DNA of 64,000 bases, from the NCBI RefSeq assembly GCF_009914755.1, contig NC_060925.1; one strand, given 5' to 3'. Shown piece by piece: positions 15,138 through 54,644 of this stretch. Within the stretch, counting starts at the first letter, position 1, and every line of letters starts with the position of its first letter. The notes under the pieces were generated by a model. The model was not told the origin of the DNA and did not search any database. It worked only from the letters and a program-made list of their open reading frames with translations. The stretch comes from the human T2T-CHM13v2.0 reference genome, Homo sapiens. A program made the translations under genes and the position numbers.

Positions 15138-17194
15138 CAAGGTAGCAAGCTGCCAGCACCATGGGGCAGGGAGCACCCAGAGACCCACACTCAACGCATG
15201 GCTCTGTGCGAGCCCTGGGCTGGGCACAGGAAACATCTAGGCAAATCAGACACTCTCAAGTACGCCTCCTCTCAAGTAGCAACCAGCCTAGTAGGGAGAC
15301 AGAAAAGCAATGTGGAAAGTTATGAACCAAAGGGATACCATTGACAGCAGCTGTCGTATCTGAGGTCTCTACCGTGTGCCATGGTGCTGGAAACTTTTCA
15401 CGTATCACCTCTAGACTCCACTGCACAGACGGGAAAATGAGGCTCGGCAGTATTAAGTCACCTGCCCAGGATTGTGCAGCTGGCAAAGTCAGGTCTGAAG
15501 CCCACATTGTTCTGACTGCTGAGCCTGTAGCCTTAACCATAGCGATGTCCTGTCCCCACACATGCTCCATGTGAAGTATGGAGAAGGGAGCAACCCCACC
15601 TGGGGTGAGTGCTGGAGTGGCATTGGGAAAGGCTTCCCAGGATTGGTGACATTTAGTCTGGGCTTTGAAGGATGAATAGGAGTTTGCCAGTTGGAGGGCA
15701 AACTGGAGAAAGGCATTCCAGGTAGAAGGAACAGCAAAGGCATGGAGAAGTAGGAGGACACAGGAAGTTTAGGGGAAGGGGTTACAGGGTAGTATCACAA
15801 GGCTATGTGGCTGGGGAGGACGAGGGATGGGAAGGTGGGTGGGGACTTCAGTGAGAAGGGCCTCGAAAGCCAGGCTAAGGGGTTTGGTCTTTATCTCACA
15901 GGCTTTGGAGAAGTTGAAGGTTCCTGGAAATCAAACCCTGGAACTATATAGATATTATGGCAAGATTGCCACCAATGTCTGTTTTATGAAGTCCACTAAG
16001 TAATGCTTCTCGAAGCATCAGTGGAGCAGGACCGTTTTTAAAAGAATTTCTCTTCTGTCACAGACCAATGCTTTTGTAAAATACAAGGAAAACGAATTAC
16101 TAGAAAAATACAATAAAATGACGAAAAACACAAGCCTAATTTTAAAAATGAGATTCAACAGACATAAAATTACTCTATCAAATTGCTCTAAAAGTTCTCA
16201 ACCCTTAATATCTACACTCTCTTTGATAGCATTGGGCTTGTCCAGAGGTCTCTTTATAGGCCCAGATTCAGAACACATGCAGGTTGTCCTAGTAAGAGCT
16301 AAGTGCTCTCAGGCGAGTCCCATTTTAGAGCTGAGGAACCTGCTGCATGGAGACGGTAGGTAGGTGGGCTGCCCACGATCACACAGCTGCTGAGTGGGGC
16401 TTGGGACTCAAACCTGAGGCTGTCTGCCTTGTACTCAACCAGTCTGGAAGGTGCAGCAGACCCCTTAGCAGAGTCCTCTTTGGCCTGGCCCCTTCACTTT
16501 GTCCCTCCTCCTACCTCCTTTCAGCACAAGGTCAAGATCCCTGTAGACGGAAAAAGGGAAATAGAGCCAACTTAAGAAGGGAACTTCCTTGCCCAAAGTG
16601 CCACTGCAAGAGGGCGGCAGAGGTGGCCAGCCCCCAGGTCTCCTGACACCAGCCTGTCCTCAGTCACACCACTCTGCCTGCCTCCATGTCTATGCAGTGA
16701 CCTCCAGGCCAGACAGTGCCAAGGAGGACGAGGGAAGCGGGGGCAGGAGGCAGGGGACTCATCAATTGCTGGCAATTACACGGTGCTTTGTCATTCTTAA
16801 TTAGCTCAGTGGCTCCACAGCCTAGAGATCTCCCTGTGGATGCTAGGCTGGGGGAGGAGACAGCTGCTGGTCCCACCACGGAGGGCTATTTGGAGGGGTA
16901 GGTACCGAGGAGCTCCCCTCAGCAGCACCTCCCCAGCCCCATTAGGGGCTGCTGTTTCTCATCCTTCCTCACCCACTTGCCAGACACTATAAGAACCAGA
17001 GACAGAAATTAAGCCATTGGATGTGTATGGGGCATCTCCTTTGTGCCAGGCACTGGTCAGCAGCTCTAGGAGCCCCTGGAATGAATGCTGATTTCCAGCC
17101 CCCATGCTTGAGGCACGCCCAGCTGCTGGAAGAGGCAAACAGGCTCACCATAATCATGATAATGATAACCAGAGTTACCCTTTAAAAAAAAAGT

Positions 17195-17540
<346 letters not shown>

Positions 17541-18273
17541 TAGACTAAGCATTTTCCATATATTATCCCACAGAAGGCTTACAAAGCCCTCTAAGGTAGG
17601 TATTATGCCCACTATACAGATGAGGAAACTGAGGCTCAGAGATAGCTAAGGTTACATATACATACATGGAGGATTTGTTTTAGAGCCAAGGTATGTGGAG
17701 CTCCAAGGTCTAACAGTTGTTTAGGAGTGTGTGTGTGTTGGGGAGAGAATACTGGTGTGTGGGTGGCTGTGATCATGGGTGTTAGGGAGGAGGCCAAGTA
17801 GCTGTTCAGGGCAAAGGTAGAGAGGCCAGGAGAGTTGAAGCAGTCTGGCTGGATGTTCCTGGAAGAAGCAGCTGCATGGGAAGGGTCTGAGGGAGGACGG
17901 GTTCAGAGGCAACTGGTTGGGGTGGTCAGGTCAGCGGGCACAGCAGGCAGGAAAGGCCCTGCATTTGGGGTAAAAGGTCAGAGCCCTGGGGCTTGTGACT
18001 CACCGGTAAGTAACCCAGGCTCCCTCTGACTCCCTAGGAGAGTACTGTCTCCGACCTGGGCCCCAGCTAGGATGGGGCAACCCTACCCTGTCCATTGAAG
18101 GTGTGATGTTAGCCTGCCTGCCCCTCAGACTGGGCTATGCTGGTTCCAACCCGGAGAGAGAGCTCCCTTCCCTGGGGACCAGCCAAGAATTATGATATTC
18201 ATAGGTACTCCAGCCATGTCATCTTCATTGTTCACCCAGTTAGGAAAGCAATTTTAGTTTTATTAAAATATGC

Positions 18274-18632
<359 letters not shown>

Positions 18633-18691
18633 TCACTTACTATATGCCAGGCAGAATTCTAAACATGTCACAAACATTAACTTTTGTTAAT

Positions 18692-18873
18692 GTCCCAGCC
18701 TGTAGGTGGGACTACAGGCGCCTGCTACCACACCCAGCTAATTTTTGTATTTCAGTAGAGAAGGTGTTTCACTATGTTGGCCAGGCTGGTTTCAAACTCC
18801 TGGCCTCAGGTGATCCACCCACCTGGGCCTCCCAAAGTGTTGGGATTACAGGCGTGAGCCTCGGCACCCAGCC
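18692..18873 (-). mobile_element. Truncated Alu
   Basis: gggactacaggcgcc...gggattacaggcgtgagcc; flanked by acattaactttt direct repeats. Confidence 0.88.
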
Positions 18874-18920
18874 TACATTAACTTTTAATCCTCATGATGA
18901 CTCCATGAGGTGTAATCCCC

Positions 18921-19270
18921 ATTATTCTAGTCTATTCAGGCTGCTCTAATAAAAATACCAAAGGCCGGCTGCCTTATAAACAACAAAAATGTATTTCTCA
19001 CAGTTGCAGATGCTGGGAAGTTCAAGTTCAAGGTGTTGGCATATTCGGTCTGGCGAGGGCCGGCTTCCTGGTTCATAGATGGCTGTCTTGTCACTGTAAG
19101 AGTGAACAGGGCCAGGAATCTCTCTGGGGTCTTCTTTATGCTCATCCCATTCATGAGGGCTCTGCTTTCATGAAAGGATTACCTCCCAATGGCCCCATCT
19201 GCTGATACCTTGAAGGTTAGGATTTTGACATACGAATTTTGATAGGACAGAAACATTCAGTCCATTGCAC
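18921..19270. mobile_element. MaLR (MLT1A/MST-like) LTR
   Basis: tattctagtctattcaggctgct...ttataaacaac...tatttctcacagtt...gggaagttcaag...aacattcagtccattgca. Confidence 0.75.
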
Positions 19271-19725
19271 CAATTTTACATTTTAGAGGAAACTGAGGCC
19301 TGTGGAATTTAAATAATTTGCCTAAGGCCATGCAGTAAAGAAATAGGGAAGCCTGGATCCCGGGATGCAGCATCAGTGTGCTTCACTACTGCGCTCTGGT
19401 GTCTTCCACTAATAACTCCCATTTTACAGATGAAGAAACAGAGGAAGGGATTGGCTCAGGGAAGTAGGGAGGACAGACCACCTGAGGAAACCAGGGACTC
19501 TCATCCCAGCTTAGGCTTTTGTCTTGGTCCCACTGCAAGCCCAAATGATGGCTGGAGAGAGGCTGACAGCCCTGTCAACTCCTTGGCATCCACTATCTCG
19601 CTGGGGTCCTGTGGGTCCACTGAGGAAGAAATTAGTAAGATTGTAGCTGATGCCATTTGACTAAAGACAAAAGCCATTTATTCTCATAGGTAGCTCCCCG
19701 ACCCCGTTTATTGTTCTTTTTCTGA

Positions 19726-20244
<519 letters not shown>

Positions 20245-21997
20245 TAAGTCCCTGTCCCTCTCTGGGCCTTAGGCTCCTCATCTGTGAAATGAGGGTTTGG
20301 CCACAGTGACCTCAGAGGAGGCCACTCGCAGCTCTGACCTTCTGTTTCTGCTTCTGTTTCTGGGATTGGCAGAAGGGGCACTAGCAGGCTGCCCCTCTGC
20401 AGGGGACACATGGCTGACAGCTCGCAGCAAGCCATCTCCGGGAAACTGCAAAGGCTGGTAAACAGTTCTCGTTGCACACGCAGCGTTCCCAGGCCTTCCT
20501 GCTTATCAGGCCCATATGGTGCCCCCTGCCAGCCGGACACCACCAGCTGCCCTTGGCCAGTCTGCCCTGGGTGATCACTTTTCCTCCCTGCTTCAGAATG
20601 CTCTCTCTACTATTCCAGAATCTAGCTGGCTTGGGATAAGTGAGCTGGGGGCACTCAGCCCTGTGGACCCATCTACCTATTGCCACAGCCCTTTTGCAGA
20701 AGGCAGCCTGGTTTGGTGAAAAGCTGGAGAAAGGGAGAAGGGGAGGAAAGGAGGGAGGAAGGACAGGAACACTGACTGTGTTCCAACTCCATTTGGACCC
20801 CTTACTAGGCATTTGGGATTCAGAAATGAATCAGAAAAACTTCCTGCTTTTGGAGGGTACAAAGTCTAATGGAGATGAGAGGAGTATAAACAGGCAGCAG
20901 TAGTGCTTGCAATCCTGAAAGTTCAGGACTGTGGGCGCCCACAAAGAGAAACTTAATCCATGGGTGGTAGTCAGGGAAGCCTTCCTGGAGGAGGCAACTT
21001 TAAAGGTGGGTTCTCAAGAACAGGATTCAGCCATTCCAACTCCTGTTATTTAGTCCTTAAGGACAGCCCTGTGAAATAGATATAGTTGTCCCTTTTACAG
21101 ATGAGGCTCAGAAGGGTGAGTTCACAACCACCAGAAGGACAGCTGGGTTCTAACCCCTGGCATTATACTCTACCCCATTGCCTATGGGCCTGAGTCTGAT
21201 CCCAGTCTCTGACTCTCGGAGACTATCAGTGAATGCTTCCCTCCCTGACCTAGGGCTGTCATCTGTAAAGTGGGTCCACCTAAGCAGTGTTGCTGGGGAA
21301 GCCAAGGACAGACTGGCTAACAAAGCACTTGGTTTATAAACAGGGGAATGTCAGTGAGGCCGCCCTATCCAGCTGGGGACAGCACAGCACTATCTTTCTC
21401 CCGACACAGAGAGGACTGCTGGCTTCTGAGCCAGGAGTAATTACAGAGGTTGAAGTTGGCCTTGCCTGAGGCACCCCCTTCTAAAAGAAGCCAGGCTGTG
21501 GCTTGGATGTGTGTGTCCTCCCTCTGGCTCCTTTTGGCACAGTTTGAAAGGAAGGCATGGCATCCTAGAGAGTTAGAACAAATCCTTCCAATCCTGGAGT
21601 TAGAACATCTGTGCCTGAGCAATTCTGGGGTTCAGACTGCCCTCCGAATGCTCCTAGGAAGCAGCTTGGGGTCAGGGTCAAGGTCATGCAGATTCTTGAC
21701 CCTGGCAGGTTGGAAGGATCACTAGAGATAGCATTGACTCTCATTCACAGATAAACAAGACTCAGAGAGGGGAAGTACTTGCCTGAGGTCACACAGCAAG
21801 TCAGTGTCAGGGGCACGTTCCAGATCATACCATCTGTGAGGCTACCTGGGAAGTTGCGGGGGCATGGGGTGGCCCAGCATGCTCAGGTGGTGCCAGGGAG
21901 CAGCCTGGGAGCTACGAGGATGAGTAAAGTGCCTGGCTGGACTTGCTAAAGGCAAATTTTTATATACCGACCCTGCGCCTAACAAGGGTCTATACTG

Positions 21998-22547
<550 letters not shown>

Positions 22548-23036
22548 GCTTACAGCCTCCACTATTTCCTAAGTCTCCCACTGCCCTGGACATCGCATTG
22601 CTTTTGTCCCTGAACAAGATCTTTCACCACTGGAGGAGCCCTCAGTCTCCCCATCTGTAAAATGGTCACTGGAAATCCTAGGCCGCTGCTCTCAGGCCCT
22701 CAGGCCCCTACGGGGTGGGGATTGGGGAAAAGGAGGAAAGCGGGGGCGTCTAGGGCTTGCGATTTGCTATCTTCTGGCGCCTTCGGGCGGCCTCGGAAAC
22801 TCTTGGTGCCTGGACCTGGAGCCTGGACAGGGACCGGGCGGGGCGAGACCGGCCGTCGGGGGCGGGGCCCGTCTGGGGGCGGGGCCTGTCCTCTCTCGCC
22901 CCGCCCCGTCGGACGCCGCGGCGGAGCTGGCGCTGGGAGGGGAGGAGCGCGCAGCCCGCGCGCCGCAGGGCCGGGCGGAAAGTTTTTCCTGACGGAGTTT
23001 TGGCTGCGGCAGCGGCGGCGGCGGCCGGAGCGGGCC

Positions 23037-46329
<23,293 letters not shown>

Positions 46330-48222
46330 GGGCCCGGGGCCAGCCGGACACAAGCGGCCCTGACACGTGATGGACCAAAGCCACCTGCTGCGGGGGAGCC
46401 AGTTCTGGGGCCCGCCTGCCACCTCTCCCAGCCCTCAGCATTGTCAGCCTGAAGATCAGAGCTGCAGCCAGTCAGGCAGGGGAGAGATTTTTCTTTTAAG
46501 CCCTGCTCTTTCTCTGAGAACCAAAAGATGCCTTGAATATTTATTCAGTGACTTCTGGCTTATGCTCAGAAGCCAGTCTGCGTCAGGCACGTCTCCTGCT
46601 GCGTGACATGTGCAGTGCTGTAATCGGCTCCCGCTTGCTCTCCTGGAGCAAGCTCTGCCCTGGCTGTGGGTATCAGGACTGTGACCAAAGCATTTCTAGT
46701 CCCTTCTCTCTTTCTAAGGACCCAAATTTCCCTGGGGGCATCCTGCTTCCTGAAAGCTGTTGGATTTCAGTGATTTTCCCCCCACCCCCCAGCACAGGAG
46801 AGCACCCACAGCCGCAGAAGGGGAATGTGTCCTCCTGCTCTGCTTCCTCAGGGCCCAGCAGGCGGGGGTTTGAGCCCTGGACCCCAGGCTCTTAGAGACT
46901 AAGGGGCAGCTCCTGACCAAAGACGATACAGCTTGGCACTTTAAAGCATTAACAGCAGGTGTGACCCTGAGGGCTCCTCCATGGTGCTGCATTGAGTCCA
47001 GCTTTCCTTCTGCCCTTCCTCCAGGAGAAGGGGCCCAAGGTCCCCGTGGATGGTCTCCACCTGTGCTTGGAACCAGTGTAACTGGCTGCTCCCTGCTCCC
47101 AGGGACTGACACGGGGATCATCTCTGTGACCGCCCTCCGTCGGGCCCCTGCCTGCCTTCTCCCCTCCACGCAAGGCTGTGCTCTTCCTCTGGTTTCTGTG
47201 TGTCCGTTTGAGTGTCTGCGCCCCGCCTCCCCATACTTCCTGGGATGATGTGTGAAACCTGACACCTAGATTTATTTGGAAATATTCTATGACCACTTTA
47301 CAGATGAGGAAACTGAGGCCTCAAGCGTGGAGGGGTAGAGTGAAGAGTAGAACCCAGGTCTGATGCCAAAGCTGCTTTCTTCTCTGCCTCCTCCTCACGC
47401 AACTCACACCTCCTTTTCTTCTAGCTTTGTTGTCCTCCCAGGAACCAAAAAACCCCAGCTATTTTCTGACCAAAATGTGTTTCATAACAAACCATCTGGT
47501 GCCTTTCCACACAGAACTGGCAGGAGCCTCGTGTCCTGCTAGCTGTCTCTCTTGTTGATTTCCGTGAAAATGCAAGTGTTTGAAGTCTGCTCATTCCGAG
47601 GGTGAAACAAAATCCAACCCTGTCAGAATCATGCTGTTCTCTTTGCTGACACTGTGACCCTGGGTCGGGACAGACCAGCAGCAATCTGTCTTTAGAATCT
47701 CTTTCCTTCCTCCCCTTTTGCCCCCGTGGGGCTCCCGGCATCCTGAAAGCCAGCAAAGCCTCCAGCATCTTTTCCATCCTGAGGTGCCTCCCAGTGGCCT
47801 GGCTTGTCGGAGCAAGTTTCATCAGCCCTAGGGAAAACACGGCCCTCCTGGGAACCTCCTTACCTGGAGTAACCGGACACCTTAGACGGAGGTGCCTGAG
47901 GGTGGGGTGGGATTTGCAGGGTCATTATCAGAACATGAGGATAACTTCCTTGCCCCTGCTCTGTAGCCACCTCCTTGGCACCGGCCTCTATTTGTCATAA
48001 GGCGGCGTGGGCGAGGCCTGACACAGGCCAGCCTTGGCACGAGGGGGGCCAGGGGTTCTGAGAAGCGCTGCCCTGTGAGAGCCATGCTGGCCTTCGTCTC
48101 CATCTCTGGTTGACGGGCTGTCCGTGTGCCTCCTGTGTGTCTGCAGACAAGTCTTGCTGTGCTTTATTTGTGAAACTTTAATGAGGAAAAAACAAATAAT
48201 AAATGTTCTCGTTTTGAAACTC
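46330..48222 (+). other. LDLRAP1: LDLRAP1 3' UTR (about 1.9 kb; end approximate)
   Basis: Runs from the stop codon to about 20 nt past the first AATAAA I found (48198-48203). Confidence 0.85.
48198..48203 (+). terminator. LDLRAP1: Canonical polyadenylation signal AATAAA of LDLRAP1
   Basis: AATAAA in an A/T-rich patch preceded by U-rich sequence (gctttatttgtg). Confidence 0.85.
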
Positions 48223-49915
48223 AAGCAACGCTCATCAGGTGGAGTAGACTGGTGGCAGCGTCCGGCGGCTCCTGCCCTTTGGGGATGGCAGCAGCAGTGA
48301 CCACAGGCTGGGTGGGGCCGCGTGCCCAGGGGCAGCACTGAGTGGGGGTGATGGTCTTAGGTTCCTGGGGTTAAAGGCCCAGTGGGGCCCCCTTTTCACC
48401 CAGCAGCTGGGTGTGTGTGTGATGAGGTCACCTCTGGATGACTCACGGAGGCTACACCAGGGATCTGGTGCATCGGCTGAAGCGTCTGAGAGCCCCGGCG
48501 GGGGACTGTGGCCAGGCTGTGAGTCCCCTGCAGTGTGCATGAGGTTGTGTACGTGTCCACGTGGGCGTTTTCCACAGAGAGGATGTCCATTATTTCCATC
48601 ACTTTTTGGATCCGCAACACTTTATCATTCCACAGACTTGCTCCGGGCTGAACGTGGACTGGGCCTGGGTCTCAGTACTGGGGACAGGGGTCCAGGCGTG
48701 GCCCAGATGAACTCAGGATGTGTGGTTTGGGTGTGTTGGGGGATGGTGGGAAGTATTTCAGTGTCTTGAGAGACTCAGGGTCTAGCCCTAGCTCTGCCAC
48801 TTGGAGGCTGTGACACTTGATCAGTCACCTCTTGAGCCTTGATTTTCCCGTCTGTGAAAATGGTGCAGTGACCTCCCCGCTTTTTACCACCCTGGGTTTT
48901 GTGTGACTCAGCGGTGACCATCATCACATTGTTGGTAGAACACTTGTGCATTCAGGTTATCTCAGAACCAAAGGCAACTGGAACTCAATATGTCTAAAAA
49001 TGGTAAAGTAAAATAGTTAGCAACCAGTGTTAACTGAGCTCTTACTATGTGCCGGGGGTTGTGCTGAGCTCTGCACCATATTGCAACGGTTGTGCTGAGC
49101 GCAGATGGCAGATGGCATTAGCTCCCGTTACTGCTGAGGACACTGGGCTGGGAGAGGAAGGCAGCTGTGCTTCAAGTGCTGGGCGGGGCCACAGCTGAGC
49201 CGCCAACCTGTGTGGCCCTTACCCCGCCATGTCCTGGCTTCCCAGGAGCCCAGTCTGGCCATATGCTGCCCGAGACCACCTGTTGACCTGTGCGGTGACC
49301 CTCACAGAAAGGCCACTCTCTTCAGGTTCTTTCAGCCACTCTCTGGAGATTCCCCAGGCCTCTGCCCCTCAGCTGTGGCTTGTGGGGGTCCACTTGGACA
49401 TGTATCTCTTTATCCCTTTGAAACTGGTATTTTAAGCGTCCAGAACCCAGAGGCAGAGCCCTCATATCAGCATCAGGCTGACTCCCTGTGAATTCTCAGT
49501 GGTTCATGGATGACTAAGAAATCCTCCCCTTTCTTCTTTCCCTCATAATCTGAAAAGACACCCAACAAGTTTATCTTTCGGTTTAAATTTGGCCAATGTC
49601 TTTAGTCTCCGGATGTCTCGGATTATGAATCCTGAGCGCCAGCCGTCTGCTCTTTCATGCATAAGGGATGAAGCCAGGGAGAACAAAGTCGCCTTTCAGA
49701 TTTGACGTGACTTTCAGCTTCACTGGGTGGATGTTGGGGTCTGCTCTCCCAGGAAGAGATCCCATCCCATGTACATCTGGGGACTTTTCAACAAGCCTGG
49801 CTAGGGAATAGGGGCAGATTCACATCTGGGGGGCTGGCTTGGGGCCTGGTCTTCCTCCGGCCATTCCCAGGTACTCATCAGAGGAGGTGCCCGTTTGTAT
49901 ATTAAGAAGTAACCC

Positions 49916-50576
<661 letters not shown>

Positions 50577-53500
50577 CTAGACACCAGAGCAGATCCCACC
50601 TCTTCCCCAGTGGCTGCCCTTTGGGGCCACTTCTCTGGACATGCCTAGTTTAGAACTCCACAGGGGTATGTCTCATTGCATTGAGACCCTGCTTTGTCCC
50701 CAGTGGCACTGCTCAGCCTGCCAGTGGGGCCCACAGTGAGCATTGGTGCCCCTCAGAGAAGGAAGCCTTCCTCTGGGAGGTGAATGCCAGCCTCGGAAGG
50801 GCAGGAAGGAGGGTGCACATCTTGAACACCAGCAGCATCCACACGTACCAGCTAGTTTAAGCTGCTGCACGGCCCCTGTGCTTGCACGTATTGTTAGCCC
50901 ATTTTAGAGATGATGATACCAAGGCCTGTGGCGGTTACATGATCAGCCAGCCTCACACAGCTATTAGGAGGCAGGCCTGGGACTCAGAGCCAGTGTGTTC
51001 CCCACTGTGCTGGGTGGCCCTGCCTCTGCAGGTCACTTGGGACATTGGCAAATCAGGATGACCTTGCTTGCTTAGGAACTTCTGAACCCAGCCCAGAGTA
51101 ACCTTAGCCAAGTGTCCAGCACAGAGGTACTGGATCAGATGGTGCGTTTGTGGCCAGGACAGATGTGGGCTGTGTCATGAATCCTTGTTGCCAGACAGCA
51201 ATTCTGACTGCACCTGCTGAGCCCCAGCACGGCCTGTCTCAGGGTGACTGAGGCACAGCTGCTCTTGACCCCCTCGCAGTCCAGGGGTTATAGTTCATGG
51301 TGCCCTGGAAAGTCCCCGGGCATGAGCTGGGCTTGCAGTAGGCCAGCGGGACATTGGAAGTCAGAGCTGAGGTATGGCAGCTGGGGAAGCCAGGTCAGGC
51401 TCTTAGAAGAGGGGCATATTCCTGCTGGGCATCAAAGGAAGGGTAGAATGGTTGGCGACTGCATGTGCTAGCCTGGGAGCTCCCTGAGGACATGCCTGTC
51501 TGATTTGCCCCATGGCCTCAGTGCCCAGCCTAGCACCTGGCACAGAGTGGCCATCAGTGAGTCAGTTCATCAGGAGGGGAGAACAGCCTGGCTCCCATGA
51601 GAGCTGTGAGAAAGGGCAGCCCTGGCTCAGCAGGCAGCGCTGGAGTCCCTGCAGCCTGGGAGTCCACTTTGCCGGCTGTCAGACCCTTCCTGTGACAGCT
51701 CCCCAGTGTGCACTGGGTGCACTGGGCTTAGGCACTCTGGGTCTCCGTCACACACAGCCGATGGCATGGCATGCCCAGCCTGGTTTGGTAAAATGTTGTG
51801 TGGTCCACCCTCTGCCCCAACCAAGATCTTGGTTTTCATGCTGTCTTCAAAGTGAGATTCTAGAATGTTAATGCTGGGAGAGCCCCTGATGGTTCCCCAG
51901 CCCACCCACTGAGCTTATAATGGGGAGTTGAGACCTGCAGAGGGCACAGGACTTGCCCGGGACTCACAGGCAGTTAAGAGAGCTGGGATCTGAGCTGTAT
52001 TTTCCACCGACGCCATGCCCAGTCCTCCATCAACCTGGAGTAAAGGAGAGAGAAGTCCCTCCCACTCTTGCTAGAAGGGGCCCATGTGCTTGCAGGGAAC
52101 TGGATGTGATGTTGGTAAGAAGAGGCTGGAGAAAGGACCTTGGTGGATTCTTGAGCATGTAATGAGCACCAGCTCATCATCCGTCTCTCCACTGTCCCCC
52201 TCAAGGACGCTGAAGTCTCATCTGCAGCTCAGGCTGCTGGCCAGACACCTAGAAGAGGGGGCATGGAGCTGCAGTTCCGAGTGCAGCCTCTGGGGCCACA
52301 GCCGTCAGGACTGGCTTTCAATCCCAGACGGCCGATTTTTAGCCGCAGAAACAACTTAGTAGCCTGTATCTCAGTCTCCTCACCTGTTAAATAGGATAAA
52401 GGTGCAGTCCAAACAGGGGCTGCTTTGCGGGGCGGGGGGAGGTCAGATGGGGGTGGGGAAGACCAGTTTCTCCCCAGGGGTAAGGCCCACCCAGGGTAGC
52501 CAAGGTGGGGAGGAGACAAGTTGTGTCTTACCAGCTCCCCTGATGCACCCAGGTGCACACTCAGGCCCCGCCACGTTGAGACCACCACATTATGCCCTCA
52601 GGAAAAACTCAACAAACTCTACTGTCTAGTGAGGAAAGCGTTGCAGTCTAGCTGTTTCCAGTAGGAAGGGATTTAGTGAAGAGCACCAGATCACAAAAGC
52701 CCTGGCAGGGCGAGGGTGCAGGTGGTCCCTGCAGGGGCTCAGGGATCTGGCGGCTGCTGCTCCTGTAGGTCCCGGTGGCTGCATCCCGGGGCAGAGCTGG
52801 CCGGAAGCTGCTGGCAAGGGAAGTTGGGAAGAGGTGGTTTGCAGGCATCAGCCCTTGCGGCTCAGGAGGGCACAGGGAAGGGAAGGGAAATGGTGCTGAG
52901 ATGCAGCAGACCCCCTGGCACCCCACCACCCCAACACTGTTGGGGGGCAGGGAGGGTAAAAGGAGCTGAGGGAGGTTAGCCCGGAGAAAACCTGGCTGCC
53001 ACACCTATGTCGGGAGCTATGCCGAGGCTTTGCACACGTTACGTAATCCTTAGGACAGCCATGTGAGGCCATGAACTGACCTGATCGAGATGTGAAAAGC
53101 TAGGACAGCACCCCGGGGCTATTTCACACAGGCGGGGCCTGCTCCTGCCTCTCCCTGAGCCAGGCTCATTCATCCAATGCCCAGTGATTGAGTGCCCACC
53201 ACATGCCAGGATGCATGCCAGGCGTCTGGAACATGGCAGCAAACAAAACAGCAGAAATCCCCATCCTCATGGAGCTGACGCTCCCCCAAATATGTATAAA
53301 TATTTGTAAATACGTAAAAATAGGTGTGGTGTAAGCACTCCAAAGGAAAAAGGGCGGTGGGGGGAAGGGGAGTGGCCTGGCCGGCAGCGCTGCTGCACCT
53401 GGGGTGGTCAGAGTTGGACAGAGTGCTGGAGGAGGTAGGGAGGCCCCAGAGAAAGGGCACCTGAGAGGGCAAAGAGCAAGCGCAAAGCCCCAGGATTGCA

Positions 53501-54644
53501 GTTTGGAATGTGCCAAGGGCAGGAGGAAGTCTGAGGCTGGAGAGGAGGGAGGAAGGAGGTGGACTGGGAAATGGGCTCAGAGCAGGTGCAGGCCTGGACC
53601 ACAGGGCGGTGGCAAGGCTCAGACCTGCTGTGCAGGGCTCAGTGTGGGGTCTCGAGGACACGAAGGCTGCACAGCCAGGGGCAATGCAGAGACTGAGGCT
53701 CTAGGATACTGAGGCTGTCATCCAGGGTCAAGCCCAAGAGAGAGCAACCTCCGGGCTTGCAAGCGGGCAGATGGAAGGTTGAAAAGGCAACCCCATGTCC
53801 TCCTGCTCTGTTGTCTGAGCGGGGGGCTTCCAGATTTGTTGAAGAAAAGGATGTGTGCATGGCCAGCTGCCTGGGTTTGGTGGTGGTCCCAAATCTGTGT
53901 GTCGGGAGCCCTGTGGGTGTCTGTGGGCCTCTGGCAGTAGCCTGAGTCAGAGATTGGTGTATCCCCGTGTGATGTGGAGGGCTGGTGTCTCTTGGTCCCT
54001 GCCAGCCGAGCAAGAGGCTGATGCAGCGAGTGTTCTGGGCATGCTATATCATTTCTCTGGGTGTGCATGAGTGAGCCTGTGTTGGCTCCGTGGGCCTGTA
54101 TGTGCCAGGAGCGTGTAGACCTGAAGGTCTGTACATGAGTCAAGGGTGAGAGGCCTGTGTGTTTCCTTGTGCGTCTGTGGGTTCCTGCTTGTCCGTAGTG
54201 GGCAGCAGTGAGGGGTGTCTTTGACTTTGGCCTGTCATTGTCTGTTTCATGCTCACTTGACATTCCACAGCTCAGCTGTAGTTCTTGGAACGAATGGAAA
54301 CAGACAGCACCCAGGACCCAGTAGGACTGGCCTGTGCTTCTTGGATACTTGGGTTCAGGGTCTCCTCCCCAGCGGTCTCTAACAGCTGAGGTAGGGACGA
54401 CTCACCGTCCCGGTCCCCAAATGCAGTGCTTTAAACTCAGAGACCCTTTCTTCGGGCCGCAAGGCTGGACCAGGGCTCTCACTACCCGGGTGGGAAGACT
54501 GTATGATGTTTGGGCCTTGCCAGCCCCAAGGAAGAGTCAGATCTCTAAACCTGGGGGCCTCCTGGGAAAGCCAGGACTCCAGCACTGTGGAAAGAGCATG
54601 GAGGTAGAAGTCAGAAGGACCTGGGTTCAAATCCCACTTTTGCC

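Noticed and set aside
22550-23036. Sterol regulatory element in the promoter
   Set aside because: No ATCACCCCAC-type match found; near-matches elsewhere (e.g. about 42330) are imperfect and isolated.
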